Assembly (NCBI GenBank): GCA_947259705.1
Contig: CAMYNL010000005.1
Span: forward strand, 48,012-112,011
Reading direction: 5' to 3'
DNA: 64,000 nt
Source: an uncultured Gammaproteobacteria bacterium
GTDB lineage: Bacteria; Pseudomonadota; Gammaproteobacteria; Arenicellales; JAANXG01
This document shows, in pieces, positions 9,765-19,869 of the stretch. A model generated the notes under the pieces. It was given only the letters and a program-made list of their open reading frames with translations, made no database searches and was not told the DNA's origin. The position numbers and the translations under genes were made by a program. Within the stretch, counting starts at the first letter, position 1. Every line of letters starts with the position of its first letter.

Positions 9765-9909
9765 ATCACGTCCGGATCGTGGACCGTGGCCACCCGGCTG
9801 GGCCCGCCCGGAACAGCAAACCGGAGCCGCCGTCGGCGCCTCATCACCCTGCGCCGCCGAGAGAAAGGCGCGTATTCTGATTGCGGCGGCAGCGGGTGTC
9901 AATTTCCGG

Positions 9910-10566
9910 CTATAGGCGCCAGCGCTTGATGACCGCCCGCACTTCCACCCGGCGACTCCGGCCGGCGTCGTCCGGGGGCAGGCCCGTGACTGTTCCGGCG
10001 GCCTGCAGGGACATCTTGCGGGGCATTTCCCGGCCCGCGAACTGATCGTATTCCTGATAGATAATCTCCCAGCCGTCCTGCCGCAAAATGGCCAGACGCC
10101 CACGCTCATCCAGGGTGTGAGTATAGTCCAGGCCCGGCGCCGGGACGCCGAGCACCCAGTATTGCAGACGCTCGAACGGAATGCGCCAGCCCACCACGCG
10201 GTAGAGCACGACCTCGGCACTGACGGCGTTATAGCTCTGCTTCCTACTGTCGCGCAGCGTGGCGCCCTGGCTGTCACTGGTCAGTATGACCCGCCCGCCG
10301 CCGAACGGGCCGTAGAGGTTGACCCTATGGGCGTCCATCTGCCGCTGCCACAGCATGCTGGCCTGGCCGCCACGTTCGTGGGTGCGCACGGCAAGCTTGG
10401 CCTTGACCTCCCAGTCGCTGGCGCCCTGCAGTTCGGCCAGCCGGGTCTGCCAGGCCAGATCCGGGTCCGCCACCGGGGGAAGGGGGGGGCGGGTGGCGCA
10501 GCCCGCCAGCCATCCCGCGACGACCATGGCCACGGCGAGGCGGGCGCAACTGCGACGGGATGTCAC
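9910..10566 (-). CDS. lolB: Outer-membrane lipoprotein LolB
   Basis: 218 aa with lipobox VAGWLAGC at the N-terminus. The length and the position between the TPR gene and prs match the conserved lolB locus. Confidence 0.7.
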   Translation of the reverse strand: MTSRRSCARLAVAMVVAGWLAGCATRPPLPPVADPDLAWQTRLAELQGASDWEVKAKLAVRTHERGGQASMLWQRQMDAHRVNLYGPFGGGRVILTSDSQGATLRDSRKQSYNAVSAEVVLYRVVGWRIPFERLQYWVLGVPAPGLDYTHTLDERGRLAILRQDGWEIIYQEYDQFAGREMPRKMSLQAAGTVTGLPPDDAGRSRRVEVRAVIKRWRL

Positions 10567-12338
10567 TGCCTGAGCTTCTTCACGGTGTCGAGCAGCACAT
10601 CGTTATCGGGATGCTCCTGCAGCGCCTGTTCCCATACCTCCTGTGCACGCGCCTTCTGGCCGGTGACCCACAGCACCTCGCCGAGATGCGCGGCGATCTC
10701 CGCGTCCTGGCGCTTGGTCAGGGCGCGTTCGAGATACTCGATCGCCAGGTCATGATTGCCCAGCCGGTACTGTACCCAGCCCATACTGTCGAGTATGAAA
10801 GGGTCCTCGGGACGGATCGCCAGTGCCTGCTGGATCAGTTCATGGGCCTCCTGGTAGCGATCGGTGGAGTCCGCCAGGGTATAGCCGAGCGCGTTCAATG
10901 CCTGGGCGTTCTCGGGGTCCTTGGCCAGCAATTTACGCATGTCCTGCTCGTGGATCTCGATCAGGTCCAGCTGCGCGGCGATGAGCCCCCGGGCATAGAG
11001 CAGGTCACCGTTCTCGGGATACCGGCCTATCGCCCCGTCGAGCACCGTCTTGGCTTGCGGCAGGTCCTTCGACTCCCTCAGCACCTGTTCCTGCGAAAGC
11101 ACCAGCCGCACGTATTCTCCTTCATCGCGGGGATGCAGGCCACGCAGGTATTCCAGGGCCGTGTCCGGACCGCTCAGTTTGGCGATCACCGCGCCCAGCC
11201 GCAGCTGGGCCTCGAGGATGTAATTCTCGTCGTCGATTTCGCGATACCATTTCTCGGCGTCGCCGTATCGCTCCTGAACCGTGGCGATTTGGCCCAGGTA
11301 CAGACGCGCCTGGTCATTGTCCGGGCGCTGCTTCAGATTAGCGGCGAGATAGCGGCGTGCGTCATCCAGCTTTTCCAGCTGGATGCTCAAGAGACCGGCG
11401 GCAAACTGAGCGTCGGCGTTATTCGGGTCCTTGCCGATCAGGGTTTCGAATTGGTTCAGCGCAGACTCCGTCGCGCCCTGGTCCACCAGGTAGCGGGCGT
11501 AATGCAGGCGCAGTTTGTTGGCGCGGGGGTGCTGCCGCAGAAATTCGTTGGTGAACTCGCTCACTTCCGACAGCGACCGCTTGCGGGCGACCAGGTTGGA
11601 CATCTTCGCCAGCGCCGCGTCTTCCCAGGCCGGCTTCAAGGCCAGGGCCTTATCGATGGCCTCTGCCATCAGCTCCGGTTGCTTGAAGCGGTCGGCAAGA
11701 TAGGCCTTCGAATAGTGGGCATCCGGATTGTCGGGGTGGAGTTCCACCAGGCGATCCATCACCGCCAGCGCGCCCTGCTGGTTGCTCTGCCGCACCAGTA
11801 ACTCGGCGACCCGCCGGTACATAGGACCGACCTCGGGCTGATGCTTGGCGATCAGGTCGGTCAGCTTCTCGGTCGCCTCCTCGAGCCGCCCGTCCTCGAT
11901 CATCACCACCGCCACCGCCTCCATAGGCGCCCCGGCCTCTGGCTGCAGTTCCGACCACAGCTGCGCCGATTCGATGGCGCTCTGGTATTGCCCGCCCTGC
12001 AACGCGATCCGCGTAGCGCGCTCGGCGACCCGGTAATCCCGTGAGGCCTTTGCGGCGCGGGCCAAGGCGTCTGCCGCAATGTTCAGTTGGCCCCGCTGGG
12101 CCGCTATCTCTCCCACCAGCAGGTCGAACAACAGGCCCGAATCCAGATCGACAGCGGGAAGATCCTCGGCGGGCGGGTACGGCGCCACACCCCCGTGGTA
12201 GGCTGCACCCGCCTCGGCATCGTTATCCGCCGTCGCGCTCTCGCTTTGCGGCGCCGGCAAGGTAGTGCAGGCGCTGAGAACAAAACCAAGCGCCGCACAG
12301 GCGGCGCGCCAAGCGTTCGTTTTCACAGATCTGGTCAT
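10563..12338 (-). CDS. TPR-repeat lipoprotein (homolog of the conserved TPR gene upstream of lolB)
   Basis: 591 aa with lipobox FVLSAC and many TPR-like repeats (e.g. AQALNALGYTLADSTDRYQEAHELIQQALAIRPEDP). Its stop overlaps the lolB start. Confidence 0.75.
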   Translation of the reverse strand: MTRSVKTNAWRAACAALGFVLSACTTLPAPQSESATADNDAEAGAAYHGGVAPYPPAEDLPAVDLDSGLLFDLLVGEIAAQRGQLNIAADALARAAKASRDYRVAERATRIALQGGQYQSAIESAQLWSELQPEAGAPMEAVAVVMIEDGRLEEATEKLTDLIAKHQPEVGPMYRRVAELLVRQSNQQGALAVMDRLVELHPDNPDAHYSKAYLADRFKQPELMAEAIDKALALKPAWEDAALAKMSNLVARKRSLSEVSEFTNEFLRQHPRANKLRLHYARYLVDQGATESALNQFETLIGKDPNNADAQFAAGLLSIQLEKLDDARRYLAANLKQRPDNDQARLYLGQIATVQERYGDAEKWYREIDDENYILEAQLRLGAVIAKLSGPDTALEYLRGLHPRDEGEYVRLVLSQEQVLRESKDLPQAKTVLDGAIGRYPENGDLLYARGLIAAQLDLIEIHEQDMRKLLAKDPENAQALNALGYTLADSTDRYQEAHELIQQALAIRPEDPFILDSMGWVQYRLGNHDLAIEYLERALTKRQDAEIAAHLGEVLWVTGQKARAQEVWEQALQEHPDNDVLLDTVKKLRQ

Positions 12339-12514
12339 TACTCGCTAAATCTAATTGACTGAATACCGCTCTCGGACAACAAATCCGGAGATTTTCTCAA
12401 TCCCGCGGGTGCGCTGCCGGGAAATTTGGTCCATCATTTATTATATTCCCCGCCGTGCCGCTTGTTTTGTGCGTCCGGATCATCCAGATAGGCTGTCAAT
12501 ATTCCGTAAACACC

Positions 12515-14239
12515 ATGACCGCAATTCTACTCATTCTCAGCGCTCTAGGGGTTTTTGTGCTGGGCTATCGCTTTTTTGCGAAATTCCTGGTACTGGGCGT
12601 CTTTCGGCTCCAGCAAGATACCCCGACTCCCGCCGAACAGCGCGCTGACGGCCGGGACTTCATCCCGAGCCCCCGCGTGCTGTTGCTGGGTCAACACGCG
12701 GCAGGCGCAGTTGGTATCTTATCCGTTGTCGGGGTCGCGGTCGCTCTCGTCTGGGGTTGGGTGCCGGCATTCCTTTGGGTGGTGGTGGGAACCCTGCTCG
12801 CCGGCGGCACACACGCCATGGGCGCGCTGTGGGCGTCCCTGCGTCGTTCCGGAGACAGCCTCGCCAGTGTCAGCTTCGACCTGACCGGCATCCCGGGAGC
12901 GATGTCGCTCTATTTCCTCGGTGTTGCACTGCTGGTGATCGTATCCGTGCTGTTGAGCGTACTGATCGGATCGCTGCTGCGGGCCCACCCTGAGGCGGCG
13001 TGGGCATTCCTGGCGCTGCTGCCGGCCACGGCGGTCGCACGCCGCGGTGCGGCTGACGCGGCCTGGCCCGTGGCGGTGCTTTTCTACCTGGGCGCGTTGT
13101 CCCTGTTCTTTATCGCCCTGATTGCCGGCCAGTATTTACCGCTGTCGCTGGCGGGGAGCTGGATACTGACTAGCGGGGATGTGGAGTTGCTGCTGCTAAC
13201 CGATGACTTGGCGTGGTCACTGTTGGCGCTGGCATTTACCTACCTGAGCATCAAGCACCCGGTAGACCGTACCGCCCGTCCGCGCGGCTTGTTGGTGACC
13301 TGCCTGCTCATTATTACCATCGCCGCGGCAATCGTGGGCATCGCGCTCGCCCAACCGGAGCTCGCGGCGCCGCAGTTTCAACGCGATGCCGACCTGCCCA
13401 GCCCACTGGTGCTGCTCTTTATCGTCGTTACCGGTGGCGCCTTGTCCGGCGTGCACGGTCTGCTCGCCAGCGGGCCCACGGTCCGCCAGCTCCCCAGTCA
13501 CGGTGATGCACCAGTGATCGCCTTCGGCGGCACCCTGCTGGATGGCCTGCTTGCCGTGTGCGTGGTGGTTGCACTGGCGGCGGGTTTTTCGAGTGCCGAC
13601 GACTGGCTCGCCCTTTACGGCCTCTGGCCGGAGCAGGCGTCCCTTTTCGCCTGGCTCGACCTGGCCGTCGTAAAACTGGGTCTTTTCATTGCCGCCGCCG
13701 GTCTGCCGCTACCTTGGGCGGTGGCGCTGGTAGCGGCGGTTTTTGCCGGACTGGCACTGACGATGCTGGAAAATGCAGCACGGGCGTTGGCGTTCTCGAT
13801 CGATGAGTTCGTGGAGGATTTCGACCTCGCAGCCTTAAAGGCGCCGCTGTTCCGGGAGCGCATGGTGCTGGCGGCGCTCGTGGTGGGCAGTGTCGCGCTG
13901 TCCCAGACCGATCCGGCGCTGGAGCATTGGTTGCTGCTGGGGTTGACTAACCTTTGGTTCGCCACCACCGTATTGCTGATGTTGGCGCTGATATTGCTGA
14001 AGCTCGACCGGCCGCCGGTATTCGCACTGGCGCCGGTTGTCGTCCTCGCCCCCCTGCTGCTGTGGGGAACGGCCTGGGTTCTCAACGAATACTGGCAGTC
14101 GGGGTCCTGGTTCCTGTTGGGCGTCAGCGCTGTCGTTGTGGCCCTGGCGGCGTGTACCGCCGGGGTAACCTTGCTCGCGGTGCTGGCCCAGCGGCGTCGA
14201 CAGGCCGGTACCGGGCTTGCCGCTCCCCGGGGGCCCTGA
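12515..14239 (+). CDS. Polytopic membrane protein, divergent CstA (carbon starvation / peptide-pyruvate transporter) family
   Basis: From the ATG at 12515: VLGYRFFAKFL...TPTPAEQRADGRDFIPSPRVLLLGQHAAGAVG...WGWVPAFLWVVVGTLLAGGTHAMGALWASLRRSGDSL. This parallels the CstA N-terminal block (GYRFY...PTPA...DG.DYVPT...FGHHFAAIAG...FGWLPallW...GA.HDf..L..S.R..G.S) with several conserved residues replaced. The rest is a long Ala/Leu-rich multi-TM sequence. Confidence 0.55.
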   Translation: MTAILLILSALGVFVLGYRFFAKFLVLGVFRLQQDTPTPAEQRADGRDFIPSPRVLLLGQHAAGAVGILSVVGVAVALVWGWVPAFLWVVVGTLLAGGTHAMGALWASLRRSGDSLASVSFDLTGIPGAMSLYFLGVALLVIVSVLLSVLIGSLLRAHPEAAWAFLALLPATAVARRGAADAAWPVAVLFYLGALSLFFIALIAGQYLPLSLAGSWILTSGDVELLLLTDDLAWSLLALAFTYLSIKHPVDRTARPRGLLVTCLLIITIAAAIVGIALAQPELAAPQFQRDADLPSPLVLLFIVVTGGALSGVHGLLASGPTVRQLPSHGDAPVIAFGGTLLDGLLAVCVVVALAAGFSSADDWLALYGLWPEQASLFAWLDLAVVKLGLFIAAAGLPLPWAVALVAAVFAGLALTMLENAARALAFSIDEFVEDFDLAALKAPLFRERMVLAALVVGSVALSQTDPALEHWLLLGLTNLWFATTVLLMLALILLKLDRPPVFALAPVVVLAPLLLWGTAWVLNEYWQSGSWFLLGVSAVVVALAACTAGVTLLAVLAQRRRQAGTGLAAPRGP

Positions 14240-14330
14240 GCCGGGGCCGAAGCGAGCCCGATATGGTCCCTCTCTACTTGACACTCGGCCCTAAACCATT
14301 GAAATTTCGTTAGTAGGCGACGGTAACAAC

Positions 14331-15584
14331 ATGCATCTGCTCGCGCTCGGATTGAATCACAACAGCGCCCCGATAAAGGTACGGGAACGGGCTGCCGTGG
14401 CTGCTGAGCACCTCAACGATGCGCTCCGGGACATCGCCGACTCCCACGCCGTGAGCGAAGCGACAATCCTGTCCACCTGCAACCGCACCGAGGTCTATTG
14501 CCGCCAGGAGGATGCCGACCCTGAGGGAGTGGTGCGCTGGTTGTGCGACTATCACCGACTCACGGCCCGCGACGTGGCGCCTTACCTGTATCAACACCCT
14601 GACGAGAGCGCCGTTCGGCACGTGTTTCGGGTCGCCGCGGGGCTGGACTCCATGGTCCTCGGCGAGCCGCAGATCCTGGGACAGATGAAAGACGCCTTCA
14701 GCACCGCGCACAAGCTCGGTACCACAGGAAAGATACTGAACCGCCTGTTCCAGCAGACCTTCACCGTGGCCAAGCGCATCCGAACCGACACCGCCATCGG
14801 CGCCAGCGCGGTGTCGGTGGCGTATGCCGCCGTCAACCTGGCCAAGCAGATCTTTACCAGCCTGGGCGACCAGACGGTGCTGATGATAGGCGCCGGCGAG
14901 ACCATCGAACTGACGGCGCGACACCTGCACAACCAGGGGCTACGCCACCTGATCGTCGCCAACCGGACGGTCGAGCGGGCCAGGCAAGTGGCCGACTCCT
15001 TCTCCGGCGAGGCCATATCGCTCGCGGAACTGCCGAGCCGCCTGCACGAGGCGGATATCCTCATCGCCTCCACCGCCAGCACGCTGCCCATACTGGGCAA
15101 GGGCGCGGTGGAACAAGCCCTCAGGCAGCGCAAGCACCGTCCTATGTTCATGGTCGACCTGGCGGTGCCACGGGACATCGAGGAGCAGGTCGCAGAGCTG
15201 GACGATGTCTACCTCTACACCGTCGATGATCTGCGCGAGGTGGTGGAGGAGAACATGGAGTCGCGGCGCGCCGCCGCCGACGAGGCGGAAAAGATCATCG
15301 ACCTGCAGACCGCCGGATTCATGCGCTGGCTGAAGAGCCTCGACGCCGTGCCCACCATTCTTGACCTGCGTGCTCAGATCGAGCAGATAACCCAGGCCGA
15401 GCTGGAGCGGGCCCAGCGACGGCTGCGGGCCGGCGACGACCCCGAGCAGGTGCTGCAGCTGCTGGCGCACTGCATCTCCCAAAAGCTGAGCCACGCGCCC
15501 AGCGACCAGCTGCATAAAGCGGACAGCGACAGCGAGTTGATCGAGGCGGCCAGGCGCCTGTTCAAGCTCGACAGCGACAGGTAG
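14331..15584 (+). CDS. hemA: Glutamyl-tRNA reductase
   Basis: 417 aa: MHLLALGLNHNSAPIKVRERAAV...ILSTCNRTEVY...GAGETIELTARHL. Followed by prfA-prmC. Confidence 0.95.
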   Translation: MHLLALGLNHNSAPIKVRERAAVAAEHLNDALRDIADSHAVSEATILSTCNRTEVYCRQEDADPEGVVRWLCDYHRLTARDVAPYLYQHPDESAVRHVFRVAAGLDSMVLGEPQILGQMKDAFSTAHKLGTTGKILNRLFQQTFTVAKRIRTDTAIGASAVSVAYAAVNLAKQIFTSLGDQTVLMIGAGETIELTARHLHNQGLRHLIVANRTVERARQVADSFSGEAISLAELPSRLHEADILIASTASTLPILGKGAVEQALRQRKHRPMFMVDLAVPRDIEEQVAELDDVYLYTVDDLREVVEENMESRRAAADEAEKIIDLQTAGFMRWLKSLDAVPTILDLRAQIEQITQAELERAQRRLRAGDDPEQVLQLLAHCISQKLSHAPSDQLHKADSDSELIEAARRLFKLDSDR

Positions 15585-15713
15585 CCCCGCTCACCGAGCG
15601 CCGCCGTTCCGGTATGATTGGCGCCCCTTTGACAGGGACCGGTGAGTGTTGGAGCAGAAAGCGCATGCCTGAACCGGACCCGGTACCCGACATCGAGATC
15701 TTCCCAGGACACC

Positions 15714-16799
15714 TTGAACCCGAGCATACAATCAAAACTCGATCAACTCGCCGAGCGGCAGGAAGAAATCAACGCCCTGCTCTCCGATGCCACCGTGATC
15801 GAGGATCAGAATAGATTTCGCAACCTGTCCATCGAACTGGCGGACATTTCGCCCGTAGTGGAGCGTTACCGGGCATACCAGCACCTGCAGCGGCAACTGG
15901 ACGCGGCCCGCGCCATGCTGGAAGACAGTGACAAGGAGCTGCGCAAGCTGGCACAGGAAGAAGCGGATGGCCTGGAGGCCACGCTGACGGAGCAGCAGCA
16001 GGAAATCCAGAAACTGCTGCTGTCCAAGGACCCCAACGATGAGCGCAACATTTTTCTCGAGATCCGTGCCGGCACCGGCGGTGACGAGGCGGCACTGTTC
16101 GCGGGCGACCTTTTCCGCATGTATTCCATCTATGCGGAGAAACGCCGCTGGACGGTACAGGTAGTGAGCAAGAGCGAGGGCGAGCATGGCGGCTACAAGG
16201 AGATCATCAGCCGGATCGCCGGCAAGGGTGCCTATTCGCGGCTGAAATTCGAGTCCGGCGCCCATCGCGTGCAACGGGTGCCGGAGACCGAGGCCCAGGG
16301 GCGCATCCATACCTCGGCCTGCACCGTGGCGGTGCTGCCCGAGGCCGACGACATCGACGACGTCGACATCAACACCCAGGATTTACGGATCGATACCTTT
16401 CGCGCCTCGGGCGCCGGCGGCCAGCACGTGAACAAGACCGACTCGGCGATTCGCATAACCCACCTGCCCAGCGGCATGGTGGTGGAATGCCAGGACGAGC
16501 GCTCGCAGCACAAGAACAAAGCCCGCGCCCTGTCCATCCTGCGCTCGCGCCTGCTGGAGGCGGAGACGCAGAAGCAACGGCAGCAGGAGGCGGAGACCCG
16601 CCGCTCGCTGGTGGGCAGCGGCGATCGCTCGGAAAGAATACGGACCTACAACTTCCCCCAGAGCCGCGTTACCGACCATCGCATCAACCTGACGCTTTAC
16701 AAGTTGGACGAGGTGCTCGGCGGCGACCTGGAACAGGTCATTGAGCCCTTGATCAACGAACACCAGGCCGACCAGTTGGCTGCGCTGGCCAACGCCTGA
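15714..16799 (+). CDS. prfA: Peptide chain release factor 1
   Basis: GGQ motif ([25 protein letters not shown]) and PST-type recognition region. The long ORF opens at 15642, but alignment to the usual RF1 N-terminus (M.PSI..KL..L) points to the in-frame TTG at 15714 ([12 protein letters not shown]). Confidence 0.93.
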   Translation: MNPSIQSKLDQLAERQEEINALLSDATVIEDQNRFRNLSIELADISPVVERYRAYQHLQRQLDAARAMLEDSDKELRKLAQEEADGLEATLTEQQQEIQKLLLSKDPNDERNIFLEIRAGTGGDEAALFAGDLFRMYSIYAEKRRWTVQVVSKSEGEHGGYKEIISRIAGKGAYSRLKFESGAHRVQRVPETEAQGRIHTSACTVAVLPEADDIDDVDINTQDLRIDTFRASGAGGQHVNKTDSAIRITHLPSGMVVECQDERSQHKNKARALSILRSRLLEAETQKQRQQEAETRRSLVGSGDRSERIRTYNFPQSRVTDHRINLTLYKLDEVLGGDLEQVIEPLINEHQADQLAALANA

Positions 16800-16816
16800 C
16801 GGGGACAGCGCAGCGG

Positions 16817-17752
16817 ATGGACCAGCAACGAAAGCATGTTTCCGACACTCCATCTCCGGCGGGCGAGCTGGAAGCCGCGCCTGAGCGGGATGGAATGACC
16901 TGTAAAGACTCCATGCGTTACGGGTCACAGCAGCTCGACGGCCACTCACCCACGGCGGCACTGGACGCGCGCGTGTTGCTCAGCCACGTGTTGCGGAAAG
17001 ACGAGGCCTGGCTCATCGCCCATGACAGCGAGATCATCGAGGTGGACCACTCGATTCGTTATGCCGAACTGCTGGCGCGGCGCCGGCGCGGCGAACCGGT
17101 GGCCCATATCACCGGCAGCCGGGAATTCTGGTCCCTGCAACTTGCAGTGTCACCGTCGGTGCTGATCCCCCGGCCCGAGACCGAGTTGTTGGTGGAACTT
17201 GCGCTGCGGCGTATCCCGGCCGACGCCGACTGGCGCATCGCCGACCTGGGGACCGGCAGCGGCGCGGTGGCGCTGGCCATCGCTATCGAGCGGCCACGCT
17301 GCCAGGTGATCGCTACCGACCGTTCGCACGGTGCCCTCCAGCTCGCCAAGCGGAACGCCCGTGAGCTGGGGATCGGCAATGTCGCGTTCGTTGCCGGGTC
17401 GTGGTGCCTTCCGCTGGCGGCCCTGGGTTTCGAACTGATTGTCTCCAACCCACCCTATGTCGCCGACGACGACCCCCATTTACGGGAAGGGGACCTGGTG
17501 TATGAGCCGCCGCTGGCCCTGCGGGCGGGGCCGTCGGGGTTGGATGCACTGGCGGTCATCGCGGCCCAGGCGCGTGAAATCCTGACTGCCCCTGGTTGGC
17601 TTTTGGTCGAGCACGGCTTCGGCCAGCAGTCGACCGTGGCGAAGCTGCTCACGGAGGCGGGCGGTCGGGACATACTCTGCCACCGTGACCACGCCGGCCT
17701 GCCGCGGGTTACAGAATGCCGCCTGTGTGCGGCGGACCCGAAGGAGGCGTGA
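16817..17752 (+). CDS. prmC: Release-factor glutamine N5-methyltransferase PrmC (HemK)
   Basis: IVSNPPYV motif and SAM-binding DLGTGSGAVALAIA. Downstream of prfA. The true start may be an internal ATG. Confidence 0.9.
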   Translation: MDQQRKHVSDTPSPAGELEAAPERDGMTCKDSMRYGSQQLDGHSPTAALDARVLLSHVLRKDEAWLIAHDSEIIEVDHSIRYAELLARRRRGEPVAHITGSREFWSLQLAVSPSVLIPRPETELLVELALRRIPADADWRIADLGTGSGAVALAIAIERPRCQVIATDRSHGALQLAKRNARELGIGNVAFVAGSWCLPLAALGFELIVSNPPYVADDDPHLREGDLVYEPPLALRAGPSGLDALAVIAAQAREILTAPGWLLVEHGFGQQSTVAKLLTEAGGRDILCHRDHAGLPRVTECRLCAADPKEA

Positions 17753-18621
17753 TGTTCAACGGATTCAAGGCCGAAGACATCGACGCCGGCGGACTGCGCG
17801 TCCATATGGTCCATGCCGGATCCGGCCCACCATTGCTGCTGCTGCACGGCTATCCGCAGACCCATGCCATGTGGCACCAGGTGGCGCCCGCTCTCAGCGA
17901 CCGCTTCCATGTCATCTGCGCCGACTTGCGCGGCTATGGGGACAGCGACAAGCCCACCGGCAATCCCGATCACGGCAACTATGCCAAGCGCACCATGGCG
18001 CACGACATGATCCAGGTCATGCTGGCTCTTGGTTACGAGGAATTCTTCGTCGCCGGCCACGACCGCGGTGCGCGTGTCACGCACCGCATGGCCCTGGACC
18101 ATCCCCAGCGCGTGATCAGGGCCTGCGTGATGGACATCGCGCCCACCTACCGCATGTTCGCGAGCACGGACAAGGTGTTCGCCACCCGCTACTACCATTG
18201 GTTTTTTCTGATCCAGCCGGATGGCCTGCCAGAGCGGCTGATCGGCAACGACCCGGAGTATTTTCTCACCGAGAAGCTGCGCCGATGGGCCGCCCCGAGG
18301 GCACGGTTCGACCCTGCGGCAGTCAGGGAGTATGTGCGCTGTTTCAGCGACCCGGCCGCCATTCATGGCAGCTGTGAGGACTACCGTGCCGCCGCCAGCA
18401 TCGACCTGGAGCACGACAAGGCCGACATGTCACGTCACATCGAGTGCCCGCTGCTGGTGCTGTGGGGTGCGAGAGGTTTCATCGAACAGAACTACGACGT
18501 GCTGGCCACCTGGCGCGAGCGGGCGGCGGACGTCAGCGGCCATGCGCTCGACTGTGGGCATTTCCTGCCCGAGGAACAACCCGAGGCGGTGATCGCCGCG
18601 CTGGAGGAATTCTTCGGCTGA
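17752..18621 (+). CDS. Alpha/beta hydrolase, haloacetate-dehalogenase / epoxide-hydrolase-like
   Basis: LLLLHGYPQTHAMWHQVAPALSDRFHVICADLRGYGDSDKP and the nucleophile elbow VAGHDRGARV. AAGGAGG lies upstream and the ATG overlaps the prmC stop (TGATG at 17750-17754). Confidence 0.8.
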   Translation: MFNGFKAEDIDAGGLRVHMVHAGSGPPLLLLHGYPQTHAMWHQVAPALSDRFHVICADLRGYGDSDKPTGNPDHGNYAKRTMAHDMIQVMLALGYEEFFVAGHDRGARVTHRMALDHPQRVIRACVMDIAPTYRMFASTDKVFATRYYHWFFLIQPDGLPERLIGNDPEYFLTEKLRRWAAPRARFDPAAVREYVRCFSDPAAIHGSCEDYRAAASIDLEHDKADMSRHIECPLLVLWGARGFIEQNYDVLATWRERAADVSGHALDCGHFLPEEQPEAVIAALEEFFG

Positions 18622-18667
18622 GGCGCCGCGAAGTGGACGCGGAGCCAACCCGAACCGTGTAAATCCT

Positions 18668-19438
18668 TTAACTGATTGCGAACTCGGCCACCACGGGGGC
18701 GTGGTCAGAGGGGCGCTCCAGCTTGCGCGGCGCCTTGTCGATGACACAAGCGCTGCAGGCCTGGTACAGGGGTTCGCTGCACAGGATGTGATCTATGCGC
18801 AGGCCCATGTTGCGGCGAAATGCCGCGGCCCGGTAATCCCACCAGGAAAAACTCGCCGGTTCCTGTTCAAACTTGCGGAAGCTGTCGTTAAGACCGCTGC
18901 CGATGAGATCGTGAAACGCCTTGCGCTCCGGCTCACTGAACAGCACCCTGCCTTCCCAGATGGCGGGGTCGTGGACGTCCTCAGGCGCGGGCGCGATATT
19001 GAAATCCCCCAGCAAGATGAACCTGTCGTGGTCGCGCAGCTGCTCGCCCACATAGCGATGCAGCACATTCAACCAGTCGAGCTTGTACTGGTACTTGTCC
19101 GACCCGACCTCCTGGCCGTTCGGCACGTACACGTTGAGCACCCGGACACCCTCAGTGGTGGCCCCGAGCACCCGGCGCTGGGGATCGTCGAGACCCGGCA
19201 GTGTGGTGACGATGTCGCGCAGCCTGCCGCGGCTGAGGGTGGCCACGCCGTTATAGGTCTTCTGACCGGCGAACACGACCTGGTATCCGGCGTCCCGTAC
19301 CGCCGACACCGGAAAATCCTCGTCCACCAGCTTGGTTTCCTGCAAGCACAAGATGTCAGGTGCACTGTCGCGCAGCCAGTCCAGCACCTGCGGCAGACGG
19401 ACGCGCAGAGAGTTGACATTCCAGGTAGCTATTTTCAA
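18668..19438 (-). CDS. xthA: Exodeoxyribonuclease III
   Basis: 256 aa: MKIATWNVNSLRVRLPQVLDWL...ILCLQETK...SDHAPV. Confidence 0.93.
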   Translation of the reverse strand: MKIATWNVNSLRVRLPQVLDWLRDSAPDILCLQETKLVDEDFPVSAVRDAGYQVVFAGQKTYNGVATLSRGRLRDIVTTLPGLDDPQRRVLGATTEGVRVLNVYVPNGQEVGSDKYQYKLDWLNVLHRYVGEQLRDHDRFILLGDFNIAPAPEDVHDPAIWEGRVLFSEPERKAFHDLIGSGLNDSFRKFEQEPASFSWWDYRAAAFRRNMGLRIDHILCSEPLYQACSACVIDKAPRKLERPSDHAPVVAEFAIS

Positions 19439-19793
19439 AATTACTATAACCCTTTGATATTGTTATAGACAATATCTTAATGTAGCCAACATACGCTCCA
19501 ATATACCCTTATCATTCTCGGTGGAGAACACATCCTGTATACCCCGACGCGGGATTTCTATCTGAGTAAGTCCATCTACAGCGCTTGGCACCAGCTGGAG
19601 CACGGTGTCTGGGGTGCGCACGATGTTCTGCCGGGCAAGCGTGAGTTACCCTGCCCTGTTTTCTCACCGGCATCGTCTGGTTTCTCTCTCGCTGATTACC
19701 GGTATGCGTCGATTGCAACGTTCGGATTTATCGATCGCGGTCCAGGTACTTAACGGCGACAGACGGTCAATAGAGACCGTCCGCAAGTGAATA

Positions 19794-19820
19794 GAACCCG
19801 GCCAAGGTTAGGCCGGGTTC
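19794..19820 (-). terminator. GC-rich hairpin (GAACCCGGCC-7 nt-GGCCGGGTTC), probable terminator downstream of the 19870-20655 lipoprotein gene
   Basis: A 10-bp perfect stem read from the sequence, 50 nt past the stop codon. A second 7-bp hairpin (GACGGTC/GACCGTC) lies at 19762-19782. The flanking T-runs are only moderate. Confidence 0.45.
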
Positions 19821-19869
19821 TTATCGTTCGTTTCCAGGCTACTAATAATGGTCAGCGTGAATTAGCTAA

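Noticed and set aside
10482-10489. A G8 homopolymer inside lolB, considered as a phase-variation tract.
   Set aside because: It encodes the Pro-rich PPLPP linker just after the lipobox of an essential gene. This is most simply a codon-composition effect of G+C-rich DNA.
10560-11801. Long + strand ORF (413 aa) antisense to the TPR gene. Similar long antisense ORFs occur at 8855-9880, 17455-18414, 18701-19468, 41598-42401, 44682-45620, 50504-51484, 53209-54141 and 53702-54727.
   Set aside because: These are typical shadow ORFs of high-G+C DNA. They are Arg/Ala/Gly/Pro/His-rich and low-complexity, have no recognisable motifs, and each fully overlaps a confidently identified gene on the other strand.
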